Shown in pieces: positions 1 through 12,068 of a stretch of DNA of 64,000 nt (position 1 is the first letter of the stretch; every line of letters starts with the position of its first letter). This DNA is from Psilocybe cubensis. Taxonomy: Eukaryota. The translations under genes were made by a program, and so were the position numbers. The stretch spans positions 186,001 to 250,000 of the forward strand of contig CM039006.1 of the NCBI GenBank assembly GCA_017499595.2, given 5' to 3'. The notes beneath the pieces are model-generated. The model had not been told where the DNA came from. It searched no databases and saw only the letters and a program-made list of their open reading frames with translations.

Positions 1-59
1 AAATCTTATCGTGCTAGATTTAAGGAAAGTACACCAGATCAAACATCATCTACTAACAC

Positions 60-1073
60 CTAATTGGGACTTCTACTGGTTTTATTCCTGACAATGTGAT
101 CGGATGGAACGTGAACGGCATTCTGAACTGCCCAATTGTAAATAGCGTCGAAACGACGGCATTGGTGTATCTTGTCAAAATTTGGGTGAGGTTTATCGCC
201 CTTCCATCTGTATGTGAGTACAGTAACATCCCCAGCACACGATATGGTTTGTCGAAGCAATTCAATGCAATGATCTTGAATGTTTTTGAAAGGATTGAGC
301 TTGGTTAAAGTTTCTGACATGGATCAAGAAATACCTAGGTGTCCTCTGAGTTCCTCCGCTGGTACTGTAAAGAAGCGGTCATCCTTGTAATACATCGGGT
401 ACGTTGCTTTGCGCAGTAAATTCTGGATATTTTTTTAGCCATCTTCGCCTTCTGAAGGTTCAATACTTACTACACAATGAAGCTGATGGAGAACCCCGAC
501 TGAGGCCATGGCACCGCCGCCGTCTTCTTCAGAGAATTTTACCAAAGTTTCATTGTCTTCAGTGTTAACCAATGACAACCATTCCATCGGGATTCTCATA
601 GGGCGCACTGGTGGAGGTATTTTAGTATCCCAAGTATGGCTATAAAAGCAGTATCTCTACCGTCATCTGTTATCTTGTCCCAAGCTGCAGTAATCTCCGG
701 TGTTGGGTGCCCCTGGTAAAGCATAGACTCTTCTGATGATAGATTGAAGAGACGTGGGTAGTAGTTTATAACACCAGATGCGGGCGCTAAAAAGCGTAAA
801 TAAGTATGTTTCATAGAGAAATCATAATGACCTACAAAACGATGTCACTCGGGAAATGAACTCTTGTTCAATATCGTGCCTGATGCGTAGCGCTTCAAGA
901 AAGAACAATATACCGGCTGTAAGGAAGACGATGTTCAAAGTAGTTGCACAGAAGAAGGCAGCCCTAGAGTATGACCTTGGAGGTTGTTTTGGAGTAACTC
1001 TGGGAAGCAAATTCTCTAAGGAGGGCGTTTCGCCCTTGTCATCAAGGAGGGAGTATACTGGATGGTCAGGCAT
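60..1073 (-). CDS. DUF3328 / UstYa-like oxidase (RiPP-tailoring family), 5 exons
   Basis: Hand-spliced: N-terminal TM segment (FFCATTLNIVFLTAGILFFL), then YQGHPTPEITAAWD, GVLHQLHCV|NLLRK and GHL|DHCIELLRQTISCAGD, ending in HQCRRFDAIYNW. Two HxxHC motifs are the family hallmark. Introns are GT-AG. Confidence 0.9.
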
Positions 1074-1977
1074 GACAAAAGAAAACAATCTCTGAGAAAT
1101 AAGAACGGATGTGTTAAATGCTCTAATATCGCTTGAGAGTCTTGATTGTGTTTTGGGGGAGCAAATGGAATCAAAATTATTCCGAATAACTTCAGAAACT
1201 CGATAAATTTCCCCGAGATCCGCTCATATTAACTCTCCGGTCTGACCATTGGCTTTGTTGTAACACTGACCTTGAGTTAACTTGGATGCATTGGCACGCG
1301 CGAAAGGGGATGTCTCAGGCTTTGAGTATAACTGCGTAGCATTGGCAAATAACCCCTTTTTGTAAAGCCGTGTCAATTTAAAACTACCCGATGCGTACAA
1401 TTACGATCTTCAGTTTAGGAAGGGTAGTTGAATACTGGTTATAATCGTAGAAAACGATTTCTCCCGTGGGAGTTTGAAGTAGAAATAATTTGCCAATCCT
1501 TTTGGAAGTTTACCAAAGTTTACCATCAATTGCCATAACCCCCAGGGAAGAAATTTTGGTCATCCACAACAAGTCAGATAGCCTAGCGATTGGGAAATGG
1601 TTGATACCATGCTAATTTGTGGAAAAAAAAAATTCACTGCGGCTGAGCGGCTTTCAGCTCCACTCCCTGTCATATTTCTATTTCTGTTCAACTTTGTTTC
1701 TTGCTTCGCCCATACTGGGCCGGTAACAAATCTATTCCAGTCTATAGAAGTATAACTTGAGTTTGATTCTTATGCCATTTTTCTCTCATAGCATTCTCGG
1801 TTACGTGTACAATTACGATAGATGCCTCAGTCTATCATCACGATGAAGTTTAATGGATTGATAGGATTGCCAGTGATACTAAACATAATTTTGAACCTTG
1901 TAACTTGGTCTATCCTCGCTTTTGATGGTGCTGAGATCCACGATATTGTGTGGCTCTGAGCTGTCGGCCGTTCGCCC

Positions 1978-2053
1978 CCCTTGCCTTGGACGTGATCCCT
2001 TGCCTTGGACGTGATCCCTTGCCTTGGACGTGATCCCTTGCCTTGGACGTGAT
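1978..2053. repeat. Perfect tandem repeat, 4 x 19 nt (CCCTTGCCTTGGACGTGAT)
   Basis: Read directly: units start at 1978, 1997, 2016 and 2035. Confidence 0.95.
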
Positions 2054-2257
2054 GGGTGTGCTGTCATCCTGGAACTTTACAGTGGCTGCGCCTTTTTGCT
2101 TGACAGCCCCAAAGCGCCGTACAACTACGAGAGAGAGGACAACGCCCTATTAATTAGCACTCGGTACAGTTATTACTTCAGAAAAACATTCACAATAACT
2201 TGTGTGACCTGAAGCTGGAGCTGTACTCCACTTCAATCACACATATAAATTATAATA

Positions 2258-2500
2258 TCAGGACTCACTGCATCGAAAAGAATATACGGGGAAAAAACTG
2301 CCGTAACGGTATAAAGAAAGAGGAAGGATCAAGTAGACCGAGTAATATATTGCCCCCGATTCAGTGATAATTTCCATCGTTGGAAGGACACTTTCCTTGG
2401 ACCTCATGACGTGTGTTGTCTTGTGATGGATAAGCCAAATGATGACTGCGATCAACACACGCCAACAGCGCTCATGATGATGATGACAATCGTTCTCCAG
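2258..2500 (-). pseudogene. Fragment of a polytopic membrane-protein gene abutting the minisatellite
   Basis: Reads WRTIVIIIMSAVGVLIAVIIWLIHHK...TMEIITESGAIYYSVYLIL: two hydrophobic helices with an ESGAIY motif common in agaricomycete membrane proteins. No upstream exons found; it starts exactly at the repeat edge. Confidence 0.4.
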
Positions 2501-2957
2501 ATCGTGCCCTTAGGGGACATTTCGACGGGGTATCATGCCCACAAAGGGCTTTATCGACGGGGTATCGTGCCTTCAGTGGACATTTCGACGGGGTATCGTG
2601 CCCTTAGGGGACATTTCAACGGGGTATCATGCCCACAAAGGGCTTTATCGACGGGGTATCGTGCCCTTAGGGGACATTTCGGCGGGGTATCGTGCCTTCA
2701 GTGGACATTTCGACGGGGTATCGTGCCCTTAGGGGACATTTCAACGGGGTATCATGCCCACAAAGGGCTTTATCGACGGGGTATCGTGCCCTTAGGGGAC
2801 ATTTCGACGGGGTATCGTGCCCTTAGGGGACATTTCGGCGGGGTATTGTGCCTTCAGTGGACATTTTGACGGGGTATTGTGCCCTTAGGGGACATTTCGA
2901 CGGGGTATCATGCCCACAAAGGGCTTTATCAACGGGGTATCGTGCCCCACAGGGGAC
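2501..2957. repeat. Minisatellite: 14 full units of 31/32 nt in three variants plus a partial unit
   Basis: A=ATCGTGCCCTTAGGGGACATTTCGACGGGGT (31), B=ATCATGCCCACAAAGGGCTTTATCGACGGGGT (32), C=ATCGTGCCTTCAGTGGACATTTCGACGGGGT (31). Order ABCABACABAACAB plus a partial unit. Confidence 0.95.
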
Positions 2958-4841
2958 TGTCTGCCTGGATTTCTTGCCCATATTGAACCTCTCATCCACA
3001 GCTTGTATGCACAGGGGTGGTCTCGAGAAGGAGTGGCTATTGTAGGTGACTGACATGCTGAGCATTGTGCCTATATGCTACCTAGCCTTAGCCACTAACT
3101 CAACTACTCCGTGCACTCGTCGACGCTCACAACGCCCAAGGCTGGTGCTCTGGTTGTTCAAATAAAGTACACTGCGGCTGAGACATGGTTTCAGTAAACA
3201 AGAGGGACTGCGTGACTTTATTATGGAATATTGATGTTTTGATTTTAGCAAGGTAACTTATTCGGCGCCTATTGCTGTTATACAGATAATGAGGCAGGAG
3301 CTTCTTATTGTAAATGTCGTTCAGTGTCATAGACGCATGCAAGTCGAGCGGATCCTGTTTGGTGTAGTGTTACAGGTCTTTGAAGAGGCTCCCATTTTCA
3401 TCTTGTAAACTTACAGTATATTGTTAGAGGTTATTTGTATGCTCGCATATGGATCATGAATGGACTATAAATGAGATAAACTGTTGCTTTCAAATATGAA
3501 AGCAAACATGCCCGTTAAATTTGGACTCATGGATGCTAATCAGCGAGCCGGGTGCAGGGAAAGAATTGCCCTTGTCGCCCGTGACACAACTGCATGCGCC
3601 ATGATGTTCTGTGTAGGACAGGGGAGGCTTCGGGCCCTTCCCGCTGCTACACACCGGGCGGCTCTGTTGAGGGCCGTTTGGTAATCTCGTAAACATAAAC
3701 ATAAACATAAACACTATACATAGAAAAATTTAAGTTTTAATCACCACAACTTAAATCAAAAAGGGAACCAGGGCCCAGGGTAACATACGTGTGCAACCTG
3801 TGTTCGTAAATAGTATCAGGGGGAAAAAAGAAAAAATTCATTGTTGGCGTGAGTGAATGAACACAGGCTCGTCTGAAGACACTCTGGAAAACCTTATTCT
3901 GTTATGCGGTCAAAGATCATCATTTGAACTACTTTGTAACTATCTTTCTGAGAAAAATTGTCTGCATATTCAGAAATTTACATACTGAATACATATGGAA
4001 GTGCAGAAGCTGTAGAACGATTTGGAAGTCATTCTGTAAAATTGTAATAAAATGTCTTGAAGCAATAGAAAGTATTCACGTCTTTTTCTCTAACTTTCTG
4101 TATTCTCCTGATAAAAACGTCACAGAAACCATCAATAATGTAAACATATACCTGCAGCCAATCCTCTAGATAGACAGACCCCGATACTTAGCACATAGTA
4201 GATGTCTTAGCGTAGAAAGGTGAGGGACACTCACCCGTGCACCTTAGCACATCGATTGCTTGCTGTACGATAATAAATAGGTTACAAAAAAACGTATTTG
4301 CGGTAAAATATTCGATCCTCAACGCAGTGCCGTACGGGTGATCATGCCGTGTGTGATCCGGTGCCTGTTTGGTCTCGGGCATGGGAACATAACGAACGCT
4401 CTTGTTTTCGGATTCTATAGACGTATAGCAAGGGTTTAAGTAAAAAATAAAAATAAATTTTGAACCACCTTTCTGTTCATATGGAAGAGAAAAATGGCAG
4501 ATTGAGATCATCTCAACTGTATCCCGTGGAACAATAGTTTCAAGTCCGTTTGCGGACTGGCATTAGCCATCAATTGACAATGCATCAGGTTTGGGATTGA
4601 AATATTGAAACTCAGTTAGATGGCGTGGAAAACACTGCATCAATGATATTCGACGATGCCTATTTCGGGAACCATACTTCCGTATATCAACCATCATCCT
4701 CATCATACGCTGTTGATTACCCTTCAGTGGTCCATCTTTTGAGAAATTTTGTTCCCCAAATAGTAAATTTGACGGACACTGACATACATACTTAGCTGTG
4801 GAGGAAATCGATCACCTCAAACCAAACCGTTTTTCATAATC

Positions 4842-5342
4842 ATGAAGATCGTGTTCAGCCCAGATGCACTTCCTTCTCTTCCGGTTTTCAGTCAGGCGGT
4901 GATCTCAGAAAATCGGGTGTATATATCAGGGAATATAGGATGTACAAAAGATTTTAAACTGGTTGAGGGTGGGGTGCAAGCACAGACGGTAATGAAGATC
5001 GATGTCCTTTATCTATGTTTGTTCACTATCTAGACAGCGTGCCGCAATGGAAAACATCTCAATCATCCTAAAAGAAGCTGGATCTGGACTGGATCACGTA
5101 GTCAAAGCAAATATCTACATGACTGATATGAAAAATGAGTTCCATCTGATGAACGAGGTCTATGCACAGGCACGGAAATGACCATTTCCGATGTACTAAT
5201 TAGGTTTCTGACGCTATGATATGTACATTGATTTCAGTTTTTTGCTCCCGACAAGATGCCAGCCAGGACGTGTGTTGGCGTCGCTTATCTTCCTTTCGGG
5301 GCAGCTGTGGAGATAGAATGCACTGCCGAGATCCCAAATTAA
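4842..5342 (+). CDS. RidA/YjgF/YER057c/UK114 family imine deaminase, 3 exons
   Basis: FSQAV...VYISGNIG, VVKANIYM, MNEVYAQ|FF...MPARTCVGVAYLPFGAAVEIEC with the conserved Arg and Glu. Second intron uses a GC donor at 5170. Confidence 0.9.
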
Positions 5343-6502
5343 CGCTTTACGAACCTTTCTGTGTGAATTATGACGAATATGCAAGTGAAAAGATTTGAGT
5401 CTCGCAGCGTGGTTTGGGGTGTGGTTTTTAATTTAGAATGGCACAAGAATCAACACAGGTGAAAAATATATTGACAAGAACATTCCCATACCTCGCATTC
5501 AAGCACCAATCAGTATCTATTACAATTGATTTGAAGACCAACTTGGAGGACAGTGAGACGAAGAAAGTTTATACGGGTATGTTAACCGTCTCGCTTGGGT
5601 GGCCGGAGCACTGCTAGGCAACTTGTGACCGTCATATGGATGGGTAGCATTGATCGTGAGAGCGGACGAACGTCCAGGACCAAACGTACATGTTGGCCTA
5701 CTCTCATTCATGCAACTTTACATTAGCTTGGTAAATGACATATATGGTTGGAATATTTCCTATCCTCTGGCATATCCTCTTAATATTAGGTATTGTTTTG
5801 ATTAATCCTTGAATGAATCCTCCAATTCAAATAGATAGACATACACAAAGACTGGTGGCGAACGAACGTAGACTTGTTGTTTCACTTTGTTTTCTACGGA
5901 CCTGCTCGAAATTGACATGGTAAAGGTTATTTTGACAAATTCTTACTACTAATTTAAAGTATTTACCAACCCTTTGTGTCACTATACACCGGACCAATAC
6001 ATTCCCATCCCATGTCATCGGTGTGCAGCTTCTCTAGTACAACGTAGAGTCTATACTATACGCCTCTCGCACCGCCCACTCTCTGACGACAGTGTACATT
6101 GTCATTTTTTCCAAAATAAACGTCGCTACTGGTACTGTGAGTATCGCCAGATCCTACCATGCAGTCAACAGGTGTCACTTGCAGCTGTACTTTCCCCCTG
6201 GATTTGGAATTCACTGGTCGGAGAACTGACATTTGCTACAAAACGGGATTGCCGTTGCAACAACTCACAGCAACATACCATTAATGGCACGCATATTCTT
6301 CACGTTTCACAAATTCTCACACCATAGCTTTGTTTAACAACTGATGGTCTAATCCATCCCTATATTGTAGACTTTGTTGGGTCCACATATGTTGAAATTG
6401 AACTGCACAACCCCAAGGTTTTTATTTTGAGTAAGATGTAGTAGTGCCTGTTAAACAAAGGGCACTGACAGGAAGTGGAAATAGAAGGGTATCCAAAAAT
6501 TT

Positions 6503-8717
6503 TCACTCCCGACCATCCCAACAATAATTGTTAAAACACTCTGCACAAACACCCTCCCTCTTGTCTCCTCGCCTCGCACGCGCGCGGTCAACAACCGCAC
6601 ACGCCAAACAGGTGCTCCACTGCTGGCCTGCATTCGTTGACGTCGAATTAAGCCCCAGACCCTGAGTAGCAATAGCAAACGATTCGTCCATAAACGCCTG
6701 GGCCATCTCATTGGAGTACGCAGTCTGCCCCGTCGGTACGCCTGTCACGCCCGGCTCCCCCTTCGCCCGCTTCTCTGCACTCGCACCCCCATTTGCGATG
6801 TACACGACAATCGGGGCACCGCTTCGCTCGTCCTCCGGCAGACAACCAAAGATCGTTGGGCGCAGCGTCAGCCCTCTGTCCACGAATGTCTGGGGCGAGG
6901 CCGGCACGCGTGGGAAGGGGTACAGCCGCCCGGACGAGAAGCGCTTCGCGCGTGCGGCGGCATTGACAATGTCGCTGCCGTTGGCGTAGGACGTTGGCAA
7001 GTCCGCGGGTGCGTCCACGGCATAGATGACATCTACACTGCGCGAGCGCATGATCAGAGGCTGGAGGGGCAACACTTCCCCATTAGAACCGCCGTCGACG
7101 AGAGAGAGGAAGGATTGCGACGAGGAAGGGTATGTACGCTGTTGATTTGCATATTTCTAAGTGAAATTTTATATGCTGGACAATAAGCAAGCACATACCG
7201 GATTAACACCCTTAAAAGGATTGGGTAGCGCTGCCGAGTCGAGGCGCACACTCACAGGTGAGGGGAATGTTGCATTAATTGCGCTGATTAATGCCCCTTC
7301 TTGTGTAAAGGGAAGGAGGTTCGTTGTCGCTATTCATAATTATTTGTCGGATGGTATTACATTAGCTAAAGAGACATGAACGCACTGTTGAGCCCATTAA
7401 ACACATTACTGCTGATCCCTGCAATGTATGCTGCCTGGTCAACGCCGACAAAGCACTGCGCATCGACCTTGTTTCGGCCTGTCCCCGAGGCAGGGGTCGA
7501 TCCTAGCAGACGCGTAGGAATGAACGACGCAAGCGTGGGGTCCCAAGAGCCCGTTTCGACTGGACTAATGTTAGTATACACGCGACCATATCAAATAGAT
7601 AGCTTCTCCTCATTGATCGCATCAAAACAGCGACGCAGATCCATCACACATCGAAAGAAAAAAGTTGAATAGAGCACGTACACATATTCACCTCCCAAAT
7701 CTCGCTCCCGACAGGGACACTGTTCCCGGGCACAATATCTGCCAATTGCTGGGGATCGTCGGGATTGTTAATGAGCGCCGGGGGAATTGCATTCCAGAGG
7801 AGGATGGGAAAGGGCTGTGTGTGTGCTTTGAAGCTTGGACTGCCATCATTTGAGAAAGAAAATATGGAAGAAATAATACCCCACACTCACAGATTCTGTA
7901 ATCCACTGAATGTAATGCCATCTCCATGCGATCCGGGGCTCAAAATTGTCTCTGCTGTCGTGCCGTTTACAAAGTGTCTTGCAATCATTCGGGTCCACGC
8001 GTCCGTTAGCGTTACCGGGAAGCCCGCGGAAGCCTTTGGCACGAGCTCACTGAGCACCGCCTGGAAGTACGCGCTATTCTGCGCATCATCTGCTCCTGGG
8101 GCAATAATATCAAAGGCGCTAAGGAACCCACCAAAGTGGGAATTTGACGCCGGCGCGTTGGGAAAAAATACAAGCTCAGGAATGGTAGGAAAGTTGGCTT
8201 GCACCAGTGCAGTGGTGAACCAACCTCCGCCTGAGAGCCCAGCCAAGTAGGTAGCGGCCTGAAGCAGTCCGTTAGATCCCGTAGGATTTGTTGTATTCCG
8301 GCCATCAATTGCAGTAAGCACGCCTGCAGCAAAGTAGGCTGCCCTCAAGCCTCCACCAGAGAGTGCAATGCCGAGCCTGGGCAGGTCAGCAGGACGTGTG
8401 GGAATGAAGGGCTGTTTTGGTTGTTTTGGGTCAAGGATTTCTGACACATACGAAGGGAGTTTGACACCAAGTGGCAGCGCAGCACGGACAGAGGTAAGAT
8501 ACGCTTTCCATGCGTCTGGGAGGACGCTTTGCATGCGCCCGTCGACATAAGCACGTTCTTCAGCGGAGAGAACGGGTGCTCCTGCAGAACCAGCTGACCT
8601 GACCAGATTGCGGGGGCAAGTGACCTTGGAAGGACCAGTCTGAGAGAGAGCAAGAGGGAAAACGGATAGGAGAGTGAAGAAGAGCGCAGCACAGCGAATA
8701 AGCTGTGGCGGAGCCAT
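6503..8717 (-). CDS. Secreted lysophospholipase / phospholipase B (PLA2c family)
   Basis: Signal peptide, SGGGLRA oxyanion motif, GLSGG nucleophile elbow, LVDGG Asp motif and C-terminal CLACA...CF..YCW. Multi-exon; internal junctions not all resolved. Confidence 0.9.
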
Positions 8718-9557
8718 CGTGGTAGGCAAATAGAAATGTTTCTAGAGGCTGCTAGCTATATCTTTTCCAAAGGCATGGTCTTGACGGCCCTGCGAATCGC
8801 AACACATGATGACGAGTCCATCGTATCCGAATGTCAGCGCTAAGGTTTGCAACGTTCACGTCATGCCGGTATAATTAGTTTGAGAACTGCGGCCCGACGT
8901 CTGTTCCTGATATTTTCTCCCATACATACTCATACCAGTCTCAGGCTTAGACAGCTAACAGAAGATGGTGCCTATTCGGGAAATTCTCAACGCCACCATG
9001 CATGCACTTGAAGGCGATTAATTAAAGCGCGACCTATTTGCACAAGGATACAGGATGCAAGAAAAATAGCACGAGTTAATAGTGGCCCTCACTGCTGGCA
9101 ACTGCTGTTTATTGTAAAATAAGATATAATTCGCTCAGACTACATTGCACTTTTTGGGATATGTCAATTTTGGCTGGAATGGAGAAAGGAAAGAGAGGTG
9201 GTAGAATATTCGTGGATTCAAAATGTTCCGTGGGTGCGTAGGGCTTTGGCGGTGGTCAGGAACGACCAAGTGAAGGTCATGAGAAGTGACCGAATTCGAA
9301 GCAAGATACTACACAAAAACGCGAGTGGTGAGGAAACGAAAACGAGGAGAAGTACCAAACACTGGAAAAAGGAGAGGAGGGTGTGATCAAAAGAAGTTTC
9401 TCAGAGACGAAGCGAGGAGGAAGGACGAGAGGAGACTGGACGAGTATGAAGACGAGCGGGGAGGAGAGGAAAATACGAGGACAACTTTATTATGTAGATG
9501 TATTCAAATATTAAAGCATCAACCGAAGAAAGCATGACCATTTGACTCCGTTTTCAT

Positions 9558-9817
9558 GGGACCCGGGAAGCTCCCGTACAGGCATGTCCGGATTTTCGCG
9601 GATTTGAGGGCGCCGCAGGAGAATCCATTCTATCTGGCGCCGCAGGCAAAATTTTGGCCAAACAAAGTCCGGTTTGGCAGATTTGAGGCCCATATTTTAA
9701 AAAAACTTCTGTAGTAATTGTTCAAAGGCGGCATGCCGCAACCATTTTTTTCCCAGATGCAGCTAATTGTTGGTCAAATTTGGGGACGGGATCTTAAAGG
9801 GGAGCTTCCCGGGTCCT
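9558..9817. mobile_element. 260-bp MITE with terminal inverted repeats (TIRs) and 8-bp TSD
   Basis: GGACCCGGGAAGCTCCC (9559-9575) is the exact reverse complement of GGGAGCTTCCCGGGTCC (9800-9816). The direct repeat GTTTTCAT flanks both sides (9550-9557 and 9818-9825). Confidence 0.85.
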
Positions 9818-10329
9818 GTTTTCATTCTCCGCCGGAGCTCTCCCGAACATCTGGAGCCGAGTTACAGCGAGTTACCTATCGATACGAGTCTCGTTAGTCT
9901 CGTTCCCAGGGCACGATCTCCCCTCCTGCAAGAGGCCTGGGACTAATACTAATAGTAATAGGCGGAGGTCAAAGTCGGAGTCAAAAATTGCAAAAATTCT
10001 GCAAAATTTGATCGGGGAGAGCGCATGTTGCCGAGAAGCTTACATGGTCAATCTTTCTCACGAATTCATTTCTGCCGCGTCTCCACCACCTTGCCACCCA
10101 CTGCTCCTGATATTATGGATCCAAGTGGTCGAGCCCCACAATTTCTTACATTGTTGTTTGGAGTCATTCCGGAAATTGGAACAGAATGACGACATCCGGG
10201 GGTCGTAAAATTATTTGACTTCATTCTTGACGATTAGGCAGCGCCAGTTAGTGTCTCTATAAAATCTGGTTTAGCTTTTACAATGGTGAACATATTCTTC
10301 TTCAGGAAAGCACCGTGCATATCTCCAAT

Positions 10330-11884
10330 ATGAAGTTGGCAGTATCTCTCGAAGCGCTAGCACTTCTTGTCTCCTCCGCAATGCAGGCTGTCTCTGGAGC
10401 TACTCTAGCCTCTTCTGCATTATCCATAATAAGCACCGCAACGAATCCAAGCCTAACTTCACAACTCTCCAGTGCAACAGAATCTGCCACACCACCAGCC
10501 AGGACTTCAATCTTCACGAGTGTGGGATTTCCTACACCCGTTTCTTCCTCCATAGTACCTCCGGAATCTGGGAAGCCTGACCCGCTTGCCCCCCCAGGCG
10601 GACTAAACACAAATGGAACGCTGCCTTTCTATCACCCCCTCAGTGATTTTGACTTTCAATCTCTAGTACGTTATATGTTTCCTCCATTCAGTCGCGCATT
10701 TTTTCATCATCGACGTACATTATAGAACCTTGCACTTAATCAAGAATGGATAGAGTTGGACCTTTTTCACCACGGACTTGCTCAATTCTCCGATGAGGAG
10801 TTTGCTGCTGCTGGTATAAACGCAGAGGAACGCGCACTGATTGCGTACATGGGAAATCAAGAAATTGGCCACGCGCGCCTCATTCAAAATATGCTTGGTC
10901 CAAATAACTCCGCCAAACCATGCACGTATCAGTACCCCTTTACCACTGTTCGCGAGTTCCTCGATTTCAGTCAGCAAGTGACCCGCTGGGGGGAAGCCGG
11001 TACAATCGGATTCATACCTCACCTTAACTCACGCGACTCGGCGCAGATGCTATTGCAGACAGTGACAACGGAAGCGAGACAGCAGATGGCGTTCAGGCAG
11101 CTCGAGGGCCTCTTCCCAATGCCAGTCGACTTCCAGACTGGGATCACGCAGAGCATGACCTGGACGTTGCTCGCACCCCATTTGGTGAGCTGCCCAGCAG
11201 AGAACCCAAGGATTAACTGGCAAAACTTCCCGGCGTTGAATGTCACTGTGGGTTTTATTATGATGAGGCTCAAATTAACTCCAACTTACAAAAATATGTG
11301 TGCTTTAGAATGCTCCAGACCCCACCCCGTTGTTTAACAACACCTCCGTTGGAGCTGATAACTCAACTTCATCCGGAAATGACACCACGCCAGCGATTAC
11401 GCACAACAGTACCAATCCGCTATCGTTCCCGGGGCGCGAAGTATTCCTTAGCTGGGAGCTTCCTGGAAAGACAGTTGGGCCTAACAATAGCTATAACACG
11501 ACTACCGCTGCTGGGCCTGCCAAGGTTCGTCGATTTTACCACTATCTTTACATTCGATATGCTGACCATGTTGATAATGTGCAGTTCGCTGCTTGGATAT
11601 CACAACTCAATACAACCTACACCTTGCTCACTGACGTGAATGGAACAACTGCAAAAACTACGCAGCCCTCGGGGTTTGTTTTAGGCGATGGAACATCGCC
11701 AATCTTTAACGGAACTTTGTGCGATGCATTTTTCCTGGTACTATAATCCCAAATTACTAACGTTATTTATCTTTTTTTCAGATTCATCCTGGTGACCGAC
11801 GCCAACGTCACTGTTACGCCGTCTAATGTTACGGCCATTAACCCTCATATTGTTGCTGGGCCTGCTGTTTACACCGCTGGTTAA
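10330..11884 (+). CDS. Secreted ferritin-like domain protein (Rds1-like)
   Basis: Signal peptide and Ser/Thr-rich linker, then DFDFQSL|NLALNQEWIELDLFHHG, QEIGHA, TRWGEAG and TEARQQM ferritin-like helices. Confidence 0.8.
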
Positions 11885-12068
11885 ATCCCAGTCCCAGCGT
11901 GATATGTCCTTGTTGACTCTTACTAATTAATTTATGAACCCCGTACTTCATGTAAACCTTAATTGCCCAGTTCAAAGATGGCCTTCAGACCTAATAATAT
12001 AGTTGGCATCGGCGATGTCACCAACATATTCGTAAGACCTGATGAGATCCAGCTGCCCCCCAATCTGT

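Noticed and set aside
2501-2957. CRISPR-like look of constant repeat plus variable core
   Set aside because: The cores are only three recurring ~13-nt variants rather than unique spacers; the context is eukaryotic and there are no cas genes.
3127-3714. Short ORFs and an (AAACAT)n run near the DUF3328 gene as a possible precursor peptide
   Set aside because: No signal peptide, no repeated cores and no MSDIN-like leader; in-frame stops suggest decayed sequence.
3811-4113. Weak inverted match TATCAGG...CCTGATA
   Set aside because: Only 7 bp perfect and no TSD; not enough to call an element.
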